From the NCBI GenBank assembly GCA_963813715.1, contig CAWFAK010000016.1, positions 32,001-96,000 of the forward strand: DNA of 64,000 nucleotides, written 5' to 3'. The position numbers and the translations under genes are program-made. The DNA comes from an uncultured Planctomycetaceae bacterium (lineage in GTDB: Bacteria; Planctomycetota; Planctomycetia; Planctomycetales; Planctomycetaceae). Positions 55,239-64,000 of the stretch are shown here, piece after piece; positions within the stretch are counted from its first letter, which is position 1, and each line of letters begins with the position of its first letter. The notes beneath the pieces are model-generated. The model was not told where the DNA came from, did not search any database, and saw only the letters and a program-made list of their open reading frames with translations.

Positions 55239-56817
55239 ATGCCGTCGTGGTTCTTGGCGATCAGCCTGCTGCGGCCGGCGCGGGCACTTCCGATTCGCCT
55301 TCCGCCGGACTGGCGCGGACCATCGACCACCAAATCGCCGCACGACTTGCCGAGGAACACGTCGAGCCGGCGGCGCGTGCGGACGACGCGGAGCTCTTGC
55401 GCCGCCTGAGCCTCGACCTGATCGGCCGGATTCCGACGACCAAAGAGGTGCAGTCGTTCCTGGCTGATCCGAGCACCGATAAGACGAGTTCCAATAAAAC
55501 GACGCGTCTGATCGACCGCCTGCTCGCCGACCCGCAACACTCGCGGCATTTTGCCCGCGTCTGGCGAGCCCTGCTGCTGCCCGAGGCGGCCACTGATCCG
55601 CGGATCGCCTATTTTCAGCCGGGTTTTGAGGCGTGGCTGGCGGAGCGACGGCGGTCGAATGTCGGCTTCGACACGATCGTCCGCGAGCTGTTGACGGTGC
55701 CGATCAACGGCCCCGACCAAATTCCGAAATACGTGCTGCGCGACATGCACGCGGCGAACCCGGTCGCGTTTCTCGCCTCGAAGCAGGCCGACCCCGCGAA
55801 GATCGCGACGAGCTGCGTGCGGATATTTTTGGGCGTGCGGATGGAGTGCGCGCAATGCCACGATCACCCATTCGACCGTTGGACGCAAAAACAGTTCTGG
55901 AGCCAGGCCGCCTTCTTTGCCGGTCTCGAACGCAAAGGTCGCGGTCCGTTCGCTCCGCTCGTCGAGGCGGCGGATCGCCACACGATCCACGTGAACGAGA
56001 CGGAAAAGACCGTGCCCGCCGCCCTGCTCGACGGCACGTCGCTTCGCTTCGATGCGCACAAGTCGCCCCGGCTGAGCTTTGGCAAGTGGTTGACGGCGCG
56101 GCGGAATCCTTATTTGCGCGGGCCATCGTCAACCGCGTCTGGGGTCAGTTGATGGGCGTCGGGCTTGTCAGTCCCGTCGACGATTTCCGCGAGTCCAATC
56201 CGCCGACGCACCCGGAACTCTTGCAAGCCCTCGCGGACGACTTCGCCGCGTCGGGCTTCGATTTGACGCGCCTCTATCGGGCCATCTGCCTCTCAGCAGC
56301 CTACCAGCGGACGAGCGCGACCGACTCGAGCCAGCAGGCGCATCCCGAGTTGTTTGCCGCGATGGCCATCAAACCCCTCTCGGGGGACCAACTCTTCGAC
56401 AGCCTTTCCTTGGCGATCGGCCGGGAGTGGTCGGAGCAAGCGGGACAGATGGAGACCGGCGAGCTCGACACGATGCGGCAAAAGGTGATCAAGGCGTTCG
56501 GAGCCGACGAAGAGACCGAACATCCGAAGACGTCCGTGTCGCAGGCACTCAACCTGATGAACGGCACCCTGATCAGCGAGGCCGTCGACCCGCAGACCAG
56601 CCCACGAATCAAGCAGACGATCGCAGCCGATCGCGACTCGCCGGAGCGACAGCTCGACGCACTCTATCTCACCACGTTGAGCCGTCATCCGAGCGATGCC
56701 GAGAAACGAATGATGCGGGACCATCTCGCGGGGGCCGCGCCGGCTGAACGTTCGCGGCAACTGGGCGACGTGTTTTGGGTGCTGCTCAATTCGGCCGAGT
56801 TCCGGTGGAATCACTAA
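55239..56817 (+). CDS. DUF1549/DUF1553 protein; frameshifts near 55270 and 56115
   Basis: LLRRLSLDLIGRIPT, CAQCHDHP, NRVWGQLMG, LLNSAEFRWNH. AGGAG before ATG 55239. Confidence 0.85.
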
Positions 56818-56854
56818 GCGGAATCACAAATCAGTTGATGATGGGAGCAGCCAA

Positions 56855-58198
56855 GTGATGGCAATGTCACAAGGGAACCGAGCTGCGTCGACTTGGTTGG
56901 CAAACTCCGAGCTGACTCGTCGGAGCTGGCTGGCTGCCACGTCGGGGAGTTTGCTGGGAGGCGGCCTGGCCGGATGGCTCAATCGACTAGCCGCGGCGGC
57001 CGGCCCACAGACACGGCCCACACGCTCGTGCGTCTTGCTGTGGATGAACGGCGGTCCCAGTCAGACCGACACGTTCGACCTCAAGCCGGGGCATGCGCAC
57101 GGCGGTCCGTTTAAGTCCATCGCCACCCGCACGCCGGGCATTTCGATCAGCGAACATCTGCCCGGCCTCGCACAGTGGAGCGATCGCCTGGCGGTGATCC
57201 GTTCCATGTCGACGCGCGAAGGCGATCACACCCGTGCTCGCGACAACCTCCGTACCGGCTACCTGCCCCAAGGTCCGATCGAGTTCCCCGTGCTGGGCTC
57301 GCTCGTCTCGAAGGAATGCAATCGCCCGCCGAGCGACTTGCCAAACTACGTCAGCATTTTGTCGCAGGGGCTGTTTGGCGCCGGCACAGGCCCGGCCGGC
57401 TTCCTCGGTCCCGATTATGCCCCGCTCTTGGTGGGGCACGAGAGCGACGGCATGGACGGCGGCGGCCAACTCAGCGTGGAGAATCTCTCGCTGCCGGAGG
57501 GTGTTTCGTCGCCGCAAGCCCGCGCTCGGCTCGCACTTTTGCATCGTGCCGAAGAGGGATTCTTGAACCGCCGGCGCGGTTCGGCTGTGAGCGAACATCT
57601 CAATGCGTACGCCAAGGCCTCGCGCCTGATGAGTCCGGCCGCGGCCAAGGCGTTCGAACTGGCCGATGAGCCCGCCAAGGTTCAGGACCAATACGGCCGC
57701 TCGCAGTTCGGCCAGGGCTGCCTGATGGCGCGGCGACTGATCGAGAAGAACGTCCCCTTCGTGGAAGTGTCGCTCGGCGGTTGGGACACGCACGATGACA
57801 ACTTCAGCCGCGTGCAGTCGCTCAGCGGCGTGCTCGACAAGGCGTGGTCCGCGCTGTTGCAGGATCTCAAGGATCGCGGCCGGCTCGAGACGACTTTAAT
57901 CGTTTGGATGGGTGAGTTCGGCCGCACGCCGGTGATCAATCCGCGCCAGGGAAGGGACCACTATCCCAAGGCCTGGAGCGTTGTGCTCGGCGGTGGCGGC
58001 ATTCGCGGCGGTCAAGTGGTCGGTCGCACGAGCGCCGACGCGATGACGGTCGGGGATCGCCCGGTCTCGGCTCCCGATTTGCTGGCGACGATTTGTTTGG
58101 CCATGGGGCTCGACCCGCGCAAGCAGAACATGTCGAACGTCGGCCGGCCGATTCGCCTGGTCGATCCGACCGCCAAGCCGATCCGGGAGATCGTCTGA
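56855..58198 (+). CDS. DUF1501 family protein (Tat signal)
   Basis: TRRSWL, WMNGGPSQTDTFDLKP, GWDTH, GEFGRTP, GRDHYP. Confidence 0.9.
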   Translation: MMAMSQGNRAASTWLANSELTRRSWLAATSGSLLGGGLAGWLNRLAAAAGPQTRPTRSCVLLWMNGGPSQTDTFDLKPGHAHGGPFKSIATRTPGISISEHLPGLAQWSDRLAVIRSMSTREGDHTRARDNLRTGYLPQGPIEFPVLGSLVSKECNRPPSDLPNYVSILSQGLFGAGTGPAGFLGPDYAPLLVGHESDGMDGGGQLSVENLSLPEGVSSPQARARLALLHRAEEGFLNRRRGSAVSEHLNAYAKASRLMSPAAAKAFELADEPAKVQDQYGRSQFGQGCLMARRLIEKNVPFVEVSLGGWDTHDDNFSRVQSLSGVLDKAWSALLQDLKDRGRLETTLIVWMGEFGRTPVINPRQGRDHYPKAWSVVLGGGGIRGGQVVGRTSADAMTVGDRPVSAPDLLATICLAMGLDPRKQNMSNVGRPIRLVDPTAKPIREIV

Positions 58199-58202
58199 GT
58201 CT

Positions 58203-59515
58203 ATGAGTTCTTCCGCGATGGTCAGCCCAGCTCGCCCCGCTCGGCGGTTTGCCTTCGATTACGGCTGGGTGGTGGTCGTGCTCGCGGCCCTGGCGATGAC
58301 GGCCACGCTTCCCGGGCGGACGCACGGACTGGGACTGATCACCGAGCCGTTGCTGGCCGATCTGGGCATCGAGCGGCACGCTGTTCGGGCGGATCAATCT
58401 CGTCACCTGCTTGCTGGGAACGGCGTTTTGTCTGCCGGCCGGCTGGATGCTCGATCGCTTCGGCATTCGCATCGCCACCTCCTGCACGGTGTTGGTGCTC
58501 GCGATTTCCGTCATCGGCATGGCGACGGCCCACACGGTGGTGGCGCTCACCTTGTGGCTGGTGCTCGTCCGCGGCGTTGGGCAAAGCGCCCTGTCGATCG
58601 TGAGCATGGCGGCCGTCGGCAAATGGTTTCGGGGACGCCGCTTGGGCGTCGCCATGGGGGTCTACGCCGTTCTGCTCACCTTCGGGTTCATTGGCAGCGT
58701 CGTCTGGCTGGGCTCGGCCGTGGAAAAATCCGGCTGGCGGACGGCCTGGAGCCAGCTCGGTTGGATCCTGTTGCTCGGCATGGTGCCTCTCAGTTTGTTG
58801 TGCGCGGAATCCGGCGGCCGGGGCGGACGACGCCGAGCGATTCTTCGTTTCCCATGTCGGCCGATTTGCCGCCCGTCGACTTTTCCTTCGGCCAGGCGAT
58901 TCGCACGCCGGCCTTTTGGGTATTCGCCGTGGGAGCGGGAGCGTTCAACCTCGTCTGGTCGGCGCTCACGCTGTTCAACGAGTCGATACTTAAAGAGCAC
59001 GGGTTCGATGCGCACGCGGCCATCAGCGTGATGGCAATGCTCGTCGGCACCGGCCTGCTCTCGAACCTCGTGGGCGGCGCCTTGGTCCGCCGCCGTCGAA
59101 TCGGCTGGCTGCTGGGCGCCGGGCTGGCGACGCTGGCGATCGCTCTCATTTACTTTCCGCGGGTGACGACCAGCACGGCCTTGATGTCGTATGCCGCGGG
59201 CATCGGCATCGCGGGGGGACTGGTGACGGTCGTCTTCTTTGCGGCCTGGAGCAGCCTGTTCGGCCGGCGCAAGTCGGCCGCATCCAGGGACTGGCTCAGC
59301 TGATCACGGTCGTCGCGTCGGCGATCGGTCCCGATCTGATGGCCGAGGGCCGCGCACTCTCCACCTCCTACTCGCCGATGTTTTACGTGGCAGCAGCGGC
59401 GACGGGCGCGCTCGCGCTCGCGGCCTGTTTCGTCCCGGTTCCGTCGCTTGGGGCGACGACGAGCCCAATCGCCGACGCGCCCCTCGCCTCCGTCGCCGCG
59501 ACGCAAAAGGCCTAA
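58203..59515 (+). CDS. MFS transporter; frameshifts near 58378, 58820, 59270
   Basis: YGWVVV, GWMLDRFGIR, GKWF, TPAFW and many TM helices. Reconstructed frame ends at TAA 59515. Confidence 0.78.
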
Positions 59516-59697
59516 GGGACGTGCGCCGGTCGCGCAACGGCCGAACGTTGTTGCGTGCGCCGCCGCGTCGAACTACGATTCGCCTAGACGAACTGGCATT
59601 TCATTCGGCCGCCCGATTCGACTCTTTGCGGCCGCTCAGTTTCTCGCTGGGTTATCTGAGTCTGGATTCTTCTTGGTCGTTTTTTGAGAGACCTCGC

Positions 59698-61516
59698 ATG
59701 TCTGTCGAAACCATTCCCCTTGCCGAAGCTCCGCAGCCGCCCCGATCGAAGAAGTTGCGGCTCTGGCCCGCGATTCCGTTTGTGGTGTTGATGCTGGCCG
59801 CCAAGGCAGCGCAGCCCCTCTTCCTGCAGCAGGCCGCGCCGAACGTTACGGTCTTCATGGTGGTCGTGTTTGGTCCGGTGGTCTGCTGCTTCATCCTGCT
59901 GCTGTGGTGGCTGTTCTTCACCCGTGCGCCGTGGAGCGATCGCCTGATCGGCCTGGCGGGGGCGGTTGTGGGAAGTCTTGATCGCCTGGTTCGTCGCCGA
60001 TCCTTCGATTCACGGCCAGGCGTCCATCTTCTACGTACTTCCGGACGCCGCTCTGGCGTTCACCGTGGCCTTCCTGATTCTCTCGCGATGGGGCGCGCGG
60101 CTGGGGACGGTGACGGCTCTCGTCGCCGGAGCCCTCGCGCTCGGCTACTGGGACACTGTGCGGTTCGACGGCATGTGGGGTAATTTCAAGGCGACCATGC
60201 ACTGGCGCTGGGAAAAGACTCCCGAGCAAGAGTTCCTGGCGGAACGCAATGCCAAGTCGGCCCCCACGGCGGCAAACGCCGAGCCGTTGGGGAAGGTCCT
60301 GTGGTCACAGTTTCGCGGGCCGAAGCGCGACAGCGTGGCGCCGGGCGTCGTGCTCGACGTCGACTGGAAGGCCCACGCTCCGAAGCAAATCTGGAAGCGA
60401 AAGGTCGGCCCGGGTTGGTCGTCGTTCAGCGTGGCGGGCAACCGGCTCTTCACGCAAGAGCAGCGCGGCGAAAACGAAGACGTCGTGTGCTACGACGCCA
60501 AGACTGGCGAGGAGCGCTGGATCAACGAGACCAAGGCCCGCTTCGACGAGGCGATGGGAGGCGCCGGGCCGCGGGCCACACCCACGCTGGCCGGCGGACT
60601 GCTCTACGTGCAGGGGGCCGCGGGGCTCTTGCAGTGTCTCGATCCGCTCACGGGAGCGGTCAAGTGGAAGCGCGATTTGATGCAAGAGGCCAACCGGAAG
60701 AAGACGCCCATCTGGGGCTATTCCTCGTCTCCGTTAATCGTGGGCGACAAAGTCATCGCATACTCATCCGGCGACGAAGGCGAGAAGGGGATGCTCCTGG
60801 CGTTCGACGCCGCGACGGGCGAGCCGCGGTGGACGGCCACGGCCGGCAACAGCAGCTACAGCTCGCCGCAGTTGGCCAAGCTGGCCGGCCGCGAGGTCGT
60901 GCTGTTTTGGGGGCAGACCGGGCTCACCGCGGTCGACGCCCCAACGGGAAAGCCGGCTTGGAACTACGACTGGCTATTCCAGGGCTATCGCGTTGTCCAG
61001 CCGCTGCTCTTGAGCGAGACCTCGGTGTTGTTGGGCACCGGCATGGGTGAAGGCACGCGGCGGGTCGAGCTGGTCCCGGCCAAGGGAGCCGGCGAAGTGA
61101 AATTCGAGGACCGCTGGACCTCGCACGACATGAAGCCCGACTTCAACGACTTCGTGGCCTTCGACGGGGCGCTCTACGGGCTCGATCACAACATCCTCTG
61201 CTGCGTCGACCTGGCGACCGGCACCAAGAAGTGGAAAAACGGCCGCTACGGCAACGGCCAGATTCTGCTGCTGCCCGACGCGGGTCAGCTGCTCGTGCTG
61301 ACGGAACAGGGCGAGCTGGTGCTGATCCAGGCCAACCCGTCCAAGCTCGACGAAGTGGCGCGGGCAAAGGTGCTCGACGGCAAAACTTGGAATCATCCCG
61401 TGCTCGTCGGCAATCGGGTCTACGTCCGCAACGCCGAGGAAGCCGCCTGCTTCGAGGTGCCCCTGGCCAAACAAAGCACGGGCGACCCGGCCAAAGAGAA
61501 GCACCGGGAACTTTAA
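59698..61516 (+). CDS. Membrane-anchored PQQ-like beta-propeller protein; frameshift near 59970
   Basis: Several N-terminal TM helices, WSQFRGPKRD, GPRATP, KTWNHP. Confidence 0.82.
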
Positions 61517-61537
61517 GCGAGAGTCGCCGACCGTGCG

Positions 61538-61741
61538 CTAGTGCCGTCGCGAGGGTGGGGGTGGTGTATCCCGCCACGGAGCGAGGATCTCATCCTCAGA
61601 CCGGGGAACCGTCGCCGTCAGTGCCGAACGGGGCACCGTCAGCACGGTGCCGCAGTCGTTGCACTTGCCGCTCTTGCCCGCGGCATCATCACTTGTCCGA
61701 ATGGCACGCCCGCACTTTGGGCAGGCAAACCTGATGGTCAT
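61538..61741 (-). CDS. Small zinc-finger protein or gene fragment
   Basis: MTIRFACPKCG...GKCNDCGTVLTVP. Confidence 0.55.
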   Translation of the reverse strand: MTIRFACPKCGRAIRTSDDAAGKSGKCNDCGTVLTVPRSALTATVPRSEDEILAPWRDTPPPPSRRH

Positions 61742-62057
61742 GGCCCGTGACCCTCTGGGATTGCGAACTGCGTCAGATTTCGAATTAACTTGCGAAGTCT
61801 AGCAAGACTCAGCATGGAGCTGATACGCCGGATTGGCAAGAGCCGCTGAATGAAACTCGCAAACTTTGCCGCCGATCCGCAGCTTGACGCGCTCGCAAAA
61901 TTTCGCGGGCACCGGAAAGAGGCTGACCGGCCCAGCTTTTGCATCACGACCGAGACCATGACCGAGAGCGAAATGATGCAGGACCAGCGTTGACGAAGTG
62001 TTCTCCGCCCGAAGATGATTCCGAGGCGGGCCAGCAACTCTTGAGCGTCGAACAGGC

Positions 62058-63225
62058 ATGGTCCGATTACGTGCAACGAATGGTGCTTCTGGTCAGTTGG
62101 CTATCGCTCCGACTCGCGCTCGGCTGCGCCATTTCGCGGATGCCGCGGCCACAATGGTGGGCTACAAAGTCCGCCGCGGGCTGGGAGTGTCGGCCCGCCA
62201 GCTAGCGGACGTGGCCGAGAAGACCTGGGAGATCGCCCCGGGCGTCGACGAGCCGCACGTTCCCCTCTACATTCCCGAGTCGCACTTCGGACGCATCGAA
62301 GCGCACGCTCCTCCGTACCAGCACCAGCCGGTTTCCAGCCTGCTGGCCGCCATCCGGCAGGAGCGCCATCGCGGCGGCGCGACGCGGGCTTATTTACTGC
62401 GCGACGCATTTCTGCTCGGCCAACGAATCTACTGTGGCCTTTACCAGGGCGATCTCTATTCAACGCTCGGCTGGCGCGCGTTGTGGCGTGCCAACACGGC
62501 GGAGATCGCCGAAGGCGTGATGGCGAGCACCTATTCCGGTGCGCGCTGGTTCGCCCACCTGCTCTACGACGAGTTCCCGCTGCAGGAATTGGCGTCGACT
62601 CTGGGAAACTCCGTCGGCCACGTGCGTCCGGCCTATCCGCACGAACCCGGCTGGCGCGGTGCTGGGCGTGCCGGCTCCTCCCGCCTACGCGGCCGTGCGA
62701 GCGCGAAAACTAATTTGGGTCGACGACTGCGGCCAGAACCTTGCCAAGCGCAGTCGCTACCAATCGCTGCGTTCGCGCGTCACCGGCTTTGCCAACGGCC
62801 ACGATCGCGTCTTCCTCCGCCGCAATCCGTTTCCCGTGGGGGAAGTCCGCCGGATCGTCAACGGTGCGGAGGTGGAAGACCGTCTCGTGCGCGAGGGATT
62901 TCATATCGTCGACACGGGGCAGGTCACCGTCGACGAAATGCTCACTCGCTGCATGAACGCGTCGATGGTCGTCAGTGTCGAGGGCTCGCACGCCGCCCCC
63001 GCGTACTACTTTGCCCGCCGCGGCGCGTGTCTGTTATCCCTTTATCCGCCGCGCCGCGTCAGCGTGTTGATGCCGCGGTTGGCGAGCTTTTACGGGCAAG
63101 TCGGCGCGATGTTCGTCGGAGAGCCGTCCGCGGAAGGCGACTCGGATTTCTACGTCAATCCCGACGAACTGATCCGCGAGATCGATCGCGCGGCCGAATT
63201 TGCCGGCCGGCAAAGCCTGCTTTAG
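62058..63225 (+). CDS. Glycosyltransferase family 61-like (DUF563); frameshift near 62660
   Basis: WFAHLLYDEFP, RVFLRR, RRIVNGAEV, VVSVEGSH. Confidence 0.65.
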
Positions 63226-63234
63226 AGCGGGCGG

Positions 63235-63939
63235 CTACTGGATTGGAATCCGCGACAAGAGCTGCTGCGCCACGCCGGCAATTCGAGTCCCCGGCACGTT
63301 ATTGATCACGCGCTGTAGCAGGGCCGCCGCCTCAGGATAGATGCCGGCCCGAATCAGGTTGCGGGCGTTGGACACGAGGCCACTGTATTGCCGCTGCGCC
63401 GCCGTGTCTGGATTGAGGTATCCGGACGAAAGGGCCAGACCGAGCACCGGATACCCACCCAGGAATTGGAGGTTGCTCGCCGCCGTCTGGTTTGCGGCCT
63501 GGTTTGCGTTCGACGAGTTCGTCGTGTTGGCCGACGGCAGGGACGCCGCGTTCGACTTGGTGTTCGTGGTGGACGACGCGCCCGTGCTTCCGCTGATGCT
63601 CCCATGAGACACCAGCGACGAAGGCGGCGTGAGCACCGGACCAAAGGCCTCGTCGGCCAAACTCTTGGTGCTACCGCTGCTGCTCGAGCGAGTCGACTTG
63701 CTGGAGGCCGTCTTGCCGCTGGCCGTTCCCGGTGCGCTGCGGTTGTAACTGCCGACTTGGGTGCCGTCGCGGCGCGTATAGCTGCGCACGTGAACGCTGC
63801 CACCGGAGTTGCTGCCGTAACTGCCTCCGCCACTGAAGCCACTGCTGCGCCCACCGCGCGAGATGCCGCCGCGGCCGTAAGAACTCGAGGGGGCAAAGAG
63901 AGCAAGCGAGACGATTAGAACCGCTGACCAAGCGCGCAT
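63235..63939 (-). CDS. Hypothetical secreted Gly/Ser-rich protein
   Basis: Signal peptide, VHVRSYTRRDGTQVGSYNRS motif, TPR-like C-terminal hairpin. AAGGAG upstream. Confidence 0.65.
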   Translation of the reverse strand: MRAWSAVLIVSLALFAPSSSYGRGGISRGGRSSGFSGGGSYGSNSGGSVHVRSYTRRDGTQVGSYNRSAPGTASGKTASSKSTRSSSSGSTKSLADEAFGPVLTPPSSLVSHGSISGSTGASSTTNTKSNAASLPSANTTNSSNANQAANQTAASNLQFLGGYPVLGLALSSGYLNPDTAAQRQYSGLVSNARNLIRAGIYPEAAALLQRVINNVPGTRIAGVAQQLLSRIPIQ

Positions 63940-64000
63940 GGCCTTCTCCTTCAGCGAAACTCCGCGGCTGACTTAAGTGTGCGCCTGGGCGAGCCAGAAC

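Overview
High-GC chromosomal window from a Planctomycete, judged by two DUF1549/DUF1553-DUF1501 clusters, DUF1559 prepilin-like genes, WD40 and PQQ-like propellers and a sulfatase. Housekeeping genes include addB/addA-like, trpF, ftsW, rarA, araB, glmM-like, plsC, larC, epmA and serA. About 25 single-base frame breaks interrupt otherwise intact genes and are best explained as uncorrected long-read indels. Signals not visible in the ORF track: (1) an HUH/Y1 RAYT-like transposase bracketed by an inverted pair of covarying CGAG-footed hairpins, with a third copy about 5.7 kb away; (2) a ~190-nt RNA with 6S architecture directly upstream of rarA; (3) a tandem, internally deleted DUF1559 paralog with a different variable segment and a duplicated leader; (4) a 16-bp perfect palindrome upstream of one DUF1549/DUF1501 operon, with a 15/17 match in the larC/YkgJ divergent region; (5) unusual domain architectures, including a secreted WD40-Gfo/Idh/MocA fusion. 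No CRISPR, rRNA or tRNA was seen. All family calls come from motif recognition by eye, not from database searches.
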